From Nemertoderma westbladi (taxonomy: Eukaryota; Animalia; Xenacoelomorpha): DNA of 64,000 bases. The stretch lies in NCBI GenBank assembly GCA_032718475.1, contig JAUCBJ010001188.1:1-64000 (forward strand), in the 5' to 3' direction. Made by a program: the position numbers and the translations under genes. Of the stretch, positions 21,167 to 31,043 are shown piece after piece (position 1 is the first letter of the stretch; every line of letters begins with the position of its first letter). Below the pieces are notes generated by a model. That model saw only the letters and a program-made list of their open reading frames with translations, was not told where the DNA came from and searched no databases.

Positions 21167-23740
21167 ATGAGTGACAAACAAGACTATACGAAGAACACAC
21201 AAACCGACTATGACTCATGTGACGCGGATAAGTCAGCAGCGGGAGAACAACAGGGGAAGACTCGCGAGCCTACCGAACCTACACCGTGTGCGTCACCAGT
21301 ACATCCAACGGGAGTACCGGATGCCGTAGTACGAGGCGACGGCAGGACCGAGGACTTTCTAACTGTTCCGCAACCTAGATATAGGGAAACGGAAATGGTA
21401 AGTTCAGCAGGAAGCACAGAAAGTGTGGTTAGAAGCGTCGGAGGTTACATGGCGCATATAACCAGGAGTATTGGAGAAGGCCAACGCATATTAGACGGGT
21501 TGACCGCTCCGATGTCTCGATTCGAGTTCTACACCCTCCAGGTTAGAGTACAGAGTAAAGTATATAAGTCCGTAGATAATTTAGTTGGCTTACAAGATCT
21601 AGCTAGACAGAGACAGGACATGGATACTCAACTTAGAATCCTAGAGAAACTAATGATCACTAGAGAGAAACTGATTCAGTTTAAGTCGACGATTAGACAG
21701 ATACAACAGGAACAAGCGGACCAGTTGTTAGGTGAGTCAGTTTCGGACGAATTATTACAACCCGAGGAAGAACAGGAACTGTACCGACTGGATGGACAAT
21801 TGAAACACCTGACGGATCACTTGCGCATGTGCGGCGAAGACGTCGGGGATTGGGAAACCGTGCCGGAGGCTACGAGGGAAACTTCACTCGCACAAATCGA
21901 ATCGGCACCGGGAATACTAAATCAATCGCTGGTGAGTATTCGTAGCGAAATCTGCGAGGGAAGTATAGTCACGTCAGAAGTTGCTCGACAACAGCAAGAA
22001 TTCTGCCGACAACGACGAGAAATGGAGGAACAAGCTCAACTTCTAGTGATGCAGGCAGCAGTAGAGGAAGAGAAGCTACGCGTTGCGAATATAGCGAGAA
22101 TCTCTCATCTACAGGAACAAGCTGAATTAGAAGCAGCTGAAGTAGAAAGGTTAGAGGTAGACATTGCCCGACAAGCGGCAGCGGCAGCGGCCGAGTCAGA
22201 GCGACAAGCGGCAGCGGCAGCGGCAGAGTCAGAGCGACAAGCGGCAGCGGCAGCGGCAGAGTCAGAGCGACAAGCGGCAGCGGCAGCGGCGGAATTAGAA
22301 CGAGACAGGTTAGTTTCGGAAGCACGGGCCGAAATGAAAACACGGCAAATAAAAGCTCAATCCGCCATACGACAAGCAGAATTTGAGGCGCAACAACGAC
22401 AAACGGAACAACGAGAGAAGACAGCTAAACTTCATTTCGAACTTGAGAAGAAGGCGAGAGAATTAGCGAACGCTGAGGAAGATCTGGATCAAAAGGCCCG
22501 CGATCGATCGATGAGATCTCGTGACGGACATGATTTGGACCAGTTAGAGGTAAGACATCGCCAAATTCAGGAACGGAAGAAGGAAGGAAGCGTAGGAGCA
22601 CCCGGACGGGAACGACAATTAGTAAAAGACGTGTGTCAACGATTCCCACAGGTAACTCATATGTTTGCACCGGTTACGACTAAGGAACCTGTTTCGATTG
22701 CGGGTAGTAGTGATATTTCTCCTATCCATGGTGCGACGGAACACAGGTTTGTTATTCCGAACGAGTTTATACCGCCAAGAGCAACGTCGTCGCCTATTCC
22801 GAGAGTCAAGGTAAGTAACCCACCGATTACAGATCGTAGTAGTTTATTGACCAGACCCGCACTACTGACGACAAAACAGGTGAGTCCACCTTTGACACCT
22901 AAACCCGTTACACATTACGCTTATCCAATGACGTTTCGACCTACAAGGCCAGTTGTTTCGAATGCTGTCATTCGCCCACCGAACCAGTTTACATCGCAAT
23001 CTACGACTTCGAGGAAGACTTGTGAGCCTACCGAACAACGGAGAACAGTGGATACGCGACCGGTTCAGTTTACATCGCAATCTACGACTTCGAGGAAGAC
23101 TTGTGAGCCTACCGAACAACGGAGAACAGTGGATACGCGACCGGTTCAGTTTACATCGCAATCTACGACTTCGAGGAAGACTTGTGAGCCTACCGAACAA
23201 CGGAGATCAGTGGACGATGTTCCGAAACGGAACGTTAGAATTCGAACAACGCAACGAACGCGAGCACGTCGACCACCATATCCAGATGATAGTAGTACTT
23301 CGAGCGAATCGGATTACCCGAAACGCGAGGTATTTAGAACAGGGGCGGCCGACGAATATAAACGCGAGCGTTCAGACAACTCCTTTGCAGACAATCCTCC
23401 ACAGAATACACCGACACAGAAGGCGTTACCACCAGCGGGCGCGATCGGTGCGCAACAGTTCGCCGACATTGTCAACAAGTTGGCCCGGATTGAGGAACGT
23501 CTGGAGGAAGGTTACACCGACAGTTCGAGAAATTCCGAATTCGAACACAATAGACACCCGAAGGAACCACAAAGACCGGTACCTTCAAACCCCATATCGT
23601 ATCAGGGAAAAGCGCCAAGAAGGGATCATCAACCAAGTTACCAACCAAGGACGCGAAACTCTGAACGTTGCCGAGGAGATAGCGAAATTCGCAGCCAGAC
23701 AGGGATTGCCGGTACAACAACCACCGAAGTTCTCCGGTAG
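21167..23740 (+). CDS. BEL-2 gag N-terminal part (coiled coil; frameshifted to the next ORF before ~23650)
   Basis: Homologous to BEL-1 8919-10061; contains 33-bp (AAAAAESERQA) and 81-bp internal repeats. Confidence 0.8.
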   Translation: MSDKQDYTKNTQTDYDSCDADKSAAGEQQGKTREPTEPTPCASPVHPTGVPDAVVRGDGRTEDFLTVPQPRYRETEMVSSAGSTESVVRSVGGYMAHITRSIGEGQRILDGLTAPMSRFEFYTLQVRVQSKVYKSVDNLVGLQDLARQRQDMDTQLRILEKLMITREKLIQFKSTIRQIQQEQADQLLGESVSDELLQPEEEQELYRLDGQLKHLTDHLRMCGEDVGDWETVPEATRETSLAQIESAPGILNQSLVSIRSEICEGSIVTSEVARQQQEFCRQRREMEEQAQLLVMQAAVEEEKLRVANIARISHLQEQAELEAAEVERLEVDIARQAAAAAAESERQAAAAAAESERQAAAAAAESERQAAAAAAELERDRLVSEARAEMKTRQIKAQSAIRQAEFEAQQRQTEQREKTAKLHFELEKKARELANAEEDLDQKARDRSMRSRDGHDLDQLEVRHRQIQERKKEGSVGAPGRERQLVKDVCQRFPQVTHMFAPVTTKEPVSIAGSSDISPIHGATEHRFVIPNEFIPPRATSSPIPRVKVSNPPITDRSSLLTRPALLTTKQVSPPLTPKPVTHYAYPMTFRPTRPVVSNAVIRPPNQFTSQSTTSRKTCEPTEQRRTVDTRPVQFTSQSTTSRKTCEPTEQRRTVDTRPVQFTSQSTTSRKTCEPTEQRRSVDDVPKRNVRIRTTQRTRARRPPYPDDSSTSSESDYPKREVFRTGAADEYKRERSDNSFADNPPQNTPTQKALPPAGAIGAQQFADIVNKLARIEERLEEGYTDSSRNSEFEHNRHPKEPQRPVPSNPISYQGKAPRRDHQPSYQPRTRNSERCRGDSEIRSQTGIAGTTTTEVLR

Positions 23741-25640
23741 CTCAAAACACTGGCATACCTTCGTAGACTATATTGAATCCCAGATCGCCGTGTGCGCCTT
23801 TACGTCACGAGAGAAGTTCAATTACTTGCTCCAAACGTTGTCAGGAGAACCTAAACGTTTGGCGGAGACTTTCGTCGGTGTACCAGACGCTTTCGAACTA
23901 GCGTACGATCGTTTGACTTCGATATACGGAGGTACAGTGAGTATGGCCAGGTCAGTAATAGAAGAACTCTGTAAGGGAGGGGCTATCACTAAACCCGTCG
24001 ACTTACTAAAACTGGCTGACGAGATTAAGAACGCTATCACTACCTTAAGATCAATTGGACAACTTGATTACGGGAATACACCTACAGTCCTATTAAAGAT
24101 AATAGGACGACTCCACCATCGACTTCGTCGGGAGTGGAGGAAGGTCGAATATCAGCGAGAGGAGCGAGGAGGATTCCTAAAATTAGAAGATGTGTACCTT
24201 TTAATATCCAGGGAGGCGGTAGTAGAAACTCGATCTAACTATACCGACCAGCACATCGTGGCAGAAGGAATCACACTGCCATCCTCCAACCGACAAAAAC
24301 CCCAGACAACATCCACAAAGACGGCCACTTACGCCACACCGACGGAATCACGACAATTCTCAGACGGCAATAGAGTATCTGCGCCCATTGGGACGAAACA
24401 GACGAGACAGCAACTCAGCGCCGACTTCAACGGCTGCCAATACTGCGAACATTTGGGTAAGCGGTATATTGGTCACAAGTTACGAGGTTGTCGACAATTT
24501 CGCGAGTTGAACTCAGAAGAACGACGGCTGCAGATACGGCCACTGGACTCTTGTTGGCGGTGTACGCGACACGGACACGTGCGCAAGGATTGCCCAAATA
24601 CCGACACTTGTCCATCCTGTGGACGCAACCACGACGGTCTGCTCCACACAGACAGCCACACGCCGACGAAACGCTTCGCCAGGGAACACCCGGAAGCAGC
24701 AGCGAGATGTGATGCGGCTTACCGAAAACGGGAATCGAAAACGACTCCGACTTTCGTGACCCATATAGAGGATTGCTTTTCAGAACAATCCGGATCGTCG
24801 GACGAAGAATCAGAAGACGACGAATATTCTAATGGAGACGAACAACCGTCAATCGCGCTCCTGACCACTGACCAACTGAAGGGATTCAGTGTAATCCCGA
24901 TTAAAGTTACTGGCACAAAAGGGAGTAAGAGGATTTACGCGATTCTAGACTCAGCCTCATCTCACAGTTACGTAGATGAAAAGATAGCTGACGTCGTAAC
25001 AGATCTTAGACAAGGTAAGCACGTCAGTTATACAGTAAGTAGTATGCACGGCCAGCGTGCAATACCAGTGACACGAGTTAAGTTGGACTTAGACTCTCTT
25101 CTTCCAAAATCGCAACACAGCGAGAGGGAGAGGTCTTTGTTGCCCTTTAGAGATCTAACCTTTGCGGCCACGAAGGACTTTAGTAACCTACTAGGTCCAG
25201 TGCCGGAACAATCTCTGGAGGACCGTAAGTATTTCAGACACCTTGGTGTACCCGAATGTCCTGTCAATTATAGATCGGTAGCAATGCTGATCGGGACGGA
25301 CCAATTCAACCTACATCAGGTGTGGGAAACCAGACCATCGGCAGTTGTAGCAGGAAACGCATACGCCTGCAGAACGCCGATAGGGTGGTATACTCGAGCG
25401 CCTGTGCGCACACTGGACGTAAGTGACGAGGAAGACGACGTACAGAGTACATGTAGTTTATTGACTACAAACTCAATTCATTCCTTTTCACACGACGTGA
25501 ACCATACTACGCTACAGTCGACAAAACATCACAGACGTGTAACTAGTATGATAAGTCACAAGGAGCAGCTAACCCACAAGGTGAGTTTAGAAACTTGGGG
25601 GGAAGATGAGTCAGCTAGAGATTCCATCGACGACAGATGA
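22953..25640 (+). CDS. BEL-2 gag core, Zn knuckles and aspartic protease (homologous to BEL-1 from ~23620)
   Basis: KFAARQGLPVQQPPKFSG, CWRCTRHGHVRKDC, IYAILDSAS; colinear with BEL-1. Confidence 0.9.
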   Translation: MFRMLSFAHRTSLHRNLRLRGRLVSLPNNGEQWIRDRFSLHRNLRLRGRLVSLPNNGEQWIRDRFSLHRNLRLRGRLVSLPNNGDQWTMFRNGTLEFEQRNEREHVDHHIQMIVVLRANRITRNARYLEQGRPTNINASVQTTPLQTILHRIHRHRRRYHQRARSVRNSSPTLSTSWPGLRNVWRKVTPTVREIPNSNTIDTRRNHKDRYLQTPYRIREKRQEGIINQVTNQGRETLNVAEEIAKFAARQGLPVQQPPKFSGSSKHWHTFVDYIESQIAVCAFTSREKFNYLLQTLSGEPKRLAETFVGVPDAFELAYDRLTSIYGGTVSMARSVIEELCKGGAITKPVDLLKLADEIKNAITTLRSIGQLDYGNTPTVLLKIIGRLHHRLRREWRKVEYQREERGGFLKLEDVYLLISREAVVETRSNYTDQHIVAEGITLPSSNRQKPQTTSTKTATYATPTESRQFSDGNRVSAPIGTKQTRQQLSADFNGCQYCEHLGKRYIGHKLRGCRQFRELNSEERRLQIRPLDSCWRCTRHGHVRKDCPNTDTCPSCGRNHDGLLHTDSHTPTKRFAREHPEAAARCDAAYRKRESKTTPTFVTHIEDCFSEQSGSSDEESEDDEYSNGDEQPSIALLTTDQLKGFSVIPIKVTGTKGSKRIYAILDSASSHSYVDEKIADVVTDLRQGKHVSYTVSSMHGQRAIPVTRVKLDLDSLLPKSQHSERERSLLPFRDLTFAATKDFSNLLGPVPEQSLEDRKYFRHLGVPECPVNYRSVAMLIGTDQFNLHQVWETRPSAVVAGNAYACRTPIGWYTRAPVRTLDVSDEEDDVQSTCSLLTTNSIHSFSHDVNHTTLQSTKHHRRVTSMISHKEQLTHKVSLETWGEDESARDSIDDR
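22985..23207 (+). repeat. 81-bp tandem repeat, ~2.7 copies, within gag
   Basis: cagtttacatcgcaatctacgacttcgaggaagacttgtgagcctaccgaacaacggaga recurs at an 81-bp period. Confidence 0.95.
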
Positions 25641-28002
25641 TAGGCTTGCGAGTCTACCTACCCCAACGACACCAACAATGCCCGTCGATACAAAGAAAAG
25701 GACGACGGCGGCAAAACTCAAGAAAAAACCGAAGGCGAAATGGAAAGATATAACTTCAAAGGTCAAGAGAGGAAGACTTGCGAGCCTTTCTACACCAGAC
25801 ATATCGCCAGACGGTCAACCAGACATATCGCCAGACGGTCAACCAGACACGTTACTAGACGGTCAACCAGACGTTTTGCCAGACATATCACAAAATGTTC
25901 CACCAGACGTTAGTAACGCACTGACAAACAGTAAAGCCGCAGTTTCCCTATTGGAGCGGCCTTCTATTGACAAACAACCAGATACGTTACCAGACGTATC
26001 GCCAGACACACTACTAGACAGTCGACTAGACACTAGTAATGTATTGACTAACAATAAAGCCGCAGTTTCCCTATTGGAGCGGCCTTGTATTGACAAACTA
26101 CCAATTTTGACACACTTGAGCAACCATAAGCATGGTGAAACCTCATGTATTACAGATGTGGGTAGTACCTACGCTAATGTAAATACAGGTGTTACTTTGC
26201 GCTCAAGAGACATACCGAACTTACAACCTATGGTGAGACCTGGGATTAATGTCGGCAGAAAAATAAGTTTACCGAAACCTGCTGACCCCATAGAGTTCAA
26301 ACCACCATTAACGATCGACTTACAAAGTACCGACAATCAAGGTAAGAAGACAAAGAAGGACAAATTACTTGTAGACCCGGACGGATCAACAGTCAACAAG
26401 GGAATACTTACCGGCGGACCCGTGGGCCCTTCTAGTAATTCAAAACCTTCCAAGTTCTCCATTGACTTACCTGATGACGTCACAAATACTTACGTCGACC
26501 GTATTGTAAACTTAACAGATTCTTGGTCAAACGCTTGCCGAAAATTAGCGTGGATTGTACGTTTTGTACAATACGTTAAAGGCAAACGTGACTTCACACG
26601 TCGACTTACATTGGCTGAGATTGACAGGTGTGAGATTAAATTAATTCGCCATTACCAACTGAGATATTTCGCGCGCGAATTCACATCCATAAATCAAGGT
26701 CAACCAATCAAGTCGTCACCGATACTGAGTTGGAGTCCGATTATTTATAATGGCTTAATTTGTCATAAATCTCGGCTTCAAAACATTGACTTTAACACGA
26801 ACTTTAGGTACCCAATAATAATACCGCAACATCACGAACTACAACGTGCAATGATACTGGACGCACATTTACATCTGAAACACGCTGGAAGACACCACTG
26901 TCTTTCCTACTTACGTACTAGATTTGTATTAATTAGACCCAGTAAAGCATTAAGTTCAGTGACACGTACGTGTATTATTTGTAAAAAGGTACATTCTAGA
27001 ATAGGTACCCAAGAAATGAGTGAACTACCACAAGCACGACTTCAAGCATTCAGACCACCTTTTACAGAGACTGGAATTGATTGCTTTGGTCCCATACATA
27101 CGAAACGTGGACGTATACTAGTAAAACGCTGGGGACTGATTTTCACATGTATGTCCAGTAGGGCAGTTCACATTGAACGTGTGATGGATCTTTCCACCAA
27201 CGCGTTTATACTAGCACTGCGGCGATTTATCGCTAGACGCGGACTAGTAAAATGCTTGTACTCAGACCAAGGGACAAACTTCGTTGGTGCTCGGAATGAG
27301 ATTGCTAGAGCCTTTAAGAAATTAGATCATGATCAAATCTCGAACGAACTGCAACCTCACAAGATTGTTTGGAAGTTCAATCCTCCAGATAGTCCTTGGA
27401 GAGGCGGAGTCTGGGAGAGATTGATTAGATCTATAAAGACAGCCATGGCAAAGGTCATTCCAGTAAACCACATATTAACAGACGACCAACTGACAACATT
27501 GTTTGTTGAAATCGAGGCAATACTAAATACTAGACCAATAGTATTAGTACCCGATGACAAACAATCTCAGTTTGCTTTGACACCGGCACACCTGCTAATG
27601 CAGGCACCGACGACTTTGACACCGATTTCTATTCCAATAGAAAGCGACAGCTATGGTAGAAAAGCGTGGAAAATCACGCAACTACTGGCTAACAAATTCT
27701 GGGAAATATGGCAAAACCATTATTTGCCCTCTATTTCTGCCAGAACAACATGGTACAATAACACCCGTGCATTAAAGCCGGGAGATCACGTGCTGTTGGC
27801 AGAAGTGAATCTGAAAAGACGCTTCTGGATAACAGGTGTCATTTTAGCCACACATCCATCTATGGATGGAGTGACAAGAACTGTGACGGTACGGACAATT
27901 GACGGTCGTACAGTAGACAGACCGACTCAACGTCTCGTACTCCTTGAAGAGACTCGTAACGAGTCTGGAGATTACAAATCTCCACCTAATACTAGTAAAT
28001 AA
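25606..28002 (+). CDS. BEL-2 linker plus integrase
   Basis: HHCC (HLHLKHAG...CIICKK), GIDCFGP, SDQGTNF, WERLIRSIK; no RT or RH motifs upstream. Confidence 0.92.
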   Translation: MSQLEIPSTTDDRLASLPTPTTPTMPVDTKKRTTAAKLKKKPKAKWKDITSKVKRGRLASLSTPDISPDGQPDISPDGQPDTLLDGQPDVLPDISQNVPPDVSNALTNSKAAVSLLERPSIDKQPDTLPDVSPDTLLDSRLDTSNVLTNNKAAVSLLERPCIDKLPILTHLSNHKHGETSCITDVGSTYANVNTGVTLRSRDIPNLQPMVRPGINVGRKISLPKPADPIEFKPPLTIDLQSTDNQGKKTKKDKLLVDPDGSTVNKGILTGGPVGPSSNSKPSKFSIDLPDDVTNTYVDRIVNLTDSWSNACRKLAWIVRFVQYVKGKRDFTRRLTLAEIDRCEIKLIRHYQLRYFAREFTSINQGQPIKSSPILSWSPIIYNGLICHKSRLQNIDFNTNFRYPIIIPQHHELQRAMILDAHLHLKHAGRHHCLSYLRTRFVLIRPSKALSSVTRTCIICKKVHSRIGTQEMSELPQARLQAFRPPFTETGIDCFGPIHTKRGRILVKRWGLIFTCMSSRAVHIERVMDLSTNAFILALRRFIARRGLVKCLYSDQGTNFVGARNEIARAFKKLDHDQISNELQPHKIVWKFNPPDSPWRGGVWERLIRSIKTAMAKVIPVNHILTDDQLTTLFVEIEAILNTRPIVLVPDDKQSQFALTPAHLLMQAPTTLTPISIPIESDSYGRKAWKITQLLANKFWEIWQNHYLPSISARTTWYNNTRALKPGDHVLLAEVNLKRRFWITGVILATHPSMDGVTRTVTVRTIDGRTVDRPTQRLVLLEETRNESGDYKSPPNTSK

Positions 28003-28662
28003 TTAGGAGTTTACAAATAGATTTCCACGTACCTGTACACCGTAGTAAGGACAGCGGTAGAATTCCATTGTCTTTATATGTGAACATTGAGGGTAGTACC
28101 CTTATGTGTCACATAGGAGCGGGATTTGTAGGTATAAGAAATGGAATTCTACTTGGAACTCACAATATTGAGACATTTTCGAAATTTTAGACAATCCATT
28201 TGGATTTGAAAAATTTTTAAAATTTTCTCCAGTGAATAGATTTCAGGGTACAGTCGGGTGGAACTTAAAATTAGAGAAACAAGAGAGGAAGACTTGCGAG
28301 CCTTTCTTAAAATTTTTAATTAAATTTTACACGGTCTTGTTTCAATAAGTTACGTCAAAATAGACTCCCCTATATTTATTACTAATTCTTGACTGCTTAT
28401 TTTCTGATAATAGTTTGGGATCAAAAAGTGAGTATTTTAGACTCACGGCCAGTTTAGCCCAAATTCGTTTTTATTTCGGCAAAAAATTTTAGATAAGAAG
28501 CAGCGTGTCATTAAAGAAACCTTAGATCTTAGGCTATGGGTAGGAGGTTAGAGCGTTGTCGAAGCCCAAAAGGCAGACGAAACTCTCACGTCTCCTCACA
28601 ACTAACCACAAACTCTGTTGTATTCCCTCTAGTAGTAATGATTATGTAACTACACCTCTAAT

Positions 28663-29961
28663 TATGGAGAAAGGGATACAAAGAGAGCCGAGATGGGGAT
28701 ATGATATCCAAGAGGAGGCGGCAGCTTCATTCGAACGATTTGGAGCAAAAGACTACACTATATTTGGTATAAAGGAATTATCAGAAAGTACAGCGAAGCT
28801 CGCAAAGACAGCAATGCCTTTACTCGAGCAGGATTTAGCATATTTCGAGACGTGTATCTTCGCTGTGCGGGATCTCTTATCGAAAGACCATCTATGTTTA
28901 CATTGTTACCCTATGAAGGAGAACGTATCGTGGAGATTACGGATGAATCACGGCAGACGCGCGCGCCTATCGGTCACCTTGGTGATGAATTCGAAGTAAC
29001 TACTACGATCGCCGACGATCCTTTAGAGGAACTTCTTGAGATCGAAAGGAACCTCCCGAAGAAATCTCAGACGGAGATTCGACAACTTGAAGCAACAGAT
29101 GCTATAGTTTGCCTACAACCTTCAGAAACCTACCAACCCATAGACCCAGATGATTACGATTATAGTATGGGAGGAAGCGCTCGACCGATTGGAGATCTTA
29201 TATACGAACGAGTGTGGTACCCTGCTAATACGATGTGTAGTAAATGTGGCGTCGCTGGACATCATATGGCAAAGTGCAGTGGAAAGCACATTACTACGAC
29301 TCAGCTAATCTGTGGATGGTGTGGGGATCAAGGGTCTCATACCTTTTATACTTGCTGGAGATTTATGGCTCAATGTACTTACTGCAATATAAAGGGACAT
29401 CGAGCATCTGAATGCCAACTGAGAGATATACCTTATGAACACGAATCTGTAAAACTCGTGAGGAAGTTATTTGATGAGTGGGCAGATTTAGCCGACGAAC
29501 ATGTATCGGCACAGAGAAGACGGTTTCCGATGAGAGCGCATCTCGGATTTTGGGCGGTAAATCCCCAGACGATGATGTCGGAAGGATACATCTCCGCTAT
29601 GCCTCAATATGACGAACTTATCGAGGTTGTCGATATTTTGCCCCACGACAGCGGATTCCGAGTGGTGCGCGAGTATCTGTTACAAATTCACCCGGATAAC
29701 AAAAACACGTGGAATTTTCAGAAAGTCGTTAATCGGATTACGTATGGTGAATTCGATCGTTTCCGAACTGAAAGGCGGAACAAGGGAGCTTGGTTAACCG
29801 TCGCATGGGCGTACCGAGCCGCGTTTTACCACAAACGTATACGAGCGAGCGTATTCGAGGAAGAAGAGGTCCTAGAGGCGACAAATATACCAGCCACTCC
29901 GGTTGCGCCGTCTGCACGTCACCCTCGGGAGGACGGGCAGGGTAGGATCATACGGGTCTAG
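28663..29961 (+). CDS. BEL-2 3' accessory ORF with three CCHC zinc knuckles (frameshifted between frames 28556-28999 and 28852-29961)
   Basis: Starts MEKGIQREPRWG (homologous to BEL-1 521-841); CSKCGVAGHHMAKC, CGWCGDQGSHTFYTC, CTYCNIKGHRASEC. Confidence 0.7.
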
Positions 29962-29964
29962 AAA

Positions 29965-30366
29965 GTGGGCCAACAATTAAAGAAAATTATTAATGTAGAA
30001 GAACGCAAGGGAGTTGAGCCGACTATTCGAGTTACTCGGGATACGGTATCACTTCCAAGAGAACCAGTAGGAGGATCGGGACATACACCAGCTGATCAAC
30101 AGGGGGCGCAAGCTACTCTCGGGTCTGCGTCGTCCGCTTCTCACGCGTTCCCAGACGTTCTACCAACTGTAGTGACGACTGATCGGTCACGAGGAATTGG
30201 TCGAGGTTTTGGGATGCCAAATAGACGAATTTGTGAGGAAATAGTCGCACCGTCTCTTAACGTCCCAAGTAAACCAGTGACTCGCCCCATTAGTCCCATA
30301 TCGCGAGCAAAGTCACCTGTGCGCAGTTTTCGAGGACGCGGCAGGGCTCGATCAACTAAGCGATAA
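29965..30366 (+). CDS. In-frame continuation of the accessory ORF past a TAG (basic, S/P/R-rich tail)
   Basis: Same frame as 28852-29961, directly after the stop; ends RGRGRARSTKR. Confidence 0.45.
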   Translation: MGQQLKKIINVEERKGVEPTIRVTRDTVSLPREPVGGSGHTPADQQGAQATLGSASSASHAFPDVLPTVVTTDRSRGIGRGFGMPNRRICEEIVAPSLNVPSKPVTRPISPISRAKSPVRSFRGRGRARSTKR

Positions 30367-31033
30367 AAGGGAGGGCAAGGGTGGACGGAAGACTCGTGAG
30401 CCTTTCTTATGATTTATGATTTATTTTGAATTATATGTTTTATATTTAGAAAATAAAACTTATATTATTTATGTTTCATATTTGAGATGCAAAGATTTAT
30501 ATTATTCCAAACTTATGCAATTTGTATTGTTCCGAACATTATGCAATTTATATTTTATAAGCAGTATTTGTATTTACAGTGTAAAAGAGAAAGTTTTATA
30601 GACAGAAAATTTTGTGCTCAGAAAGACTCATATTTGTAATTATTCCAAACTTATGCAATCTACATTTAGGTACGAAAGTATTTGTAATTACTTGAATTTA
30701 TGCAATATTTGAGATGCAATAGTAGATGGAAGACTTGCGAGCCTTTCTTATTGTTTTCATTTATTTGTATTTGTAATTGTTTGAATTTATGCAATATCTG
30801 AGATGCAATAGATTTACATTGGTGAATTTAATTTAGATTTATATTGTACTTAGTTAGTAAAGCCTTAAATACGTAAAGTTTGAATTTGTAATTATTTTGT
30901 ATCGAATCATTACGTAGAAAGGAAGTATTGTTTGAAACTTAATTGTAAATATGTAAGTACGCCCTAAGTATTCTATAGTTTGATTGATTATTGGTGAAAA
31001 CCGTATATTTTATGCACGATAATATCCTGTTTT

Positions 31034-31043
31034 CATGGAGCGG
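31034..31043 (+). other. Short polypurine tract (PPT) of BEL-2
   Basis: CATGGAGCGG immediately precedes the 3' LTR. Confidence 0.6.

Noticed and set aside
28556-30366. env gene
   Set aside because: No signal peptide, TM anchor or fusion-protein features; it has zinc knuckles instead
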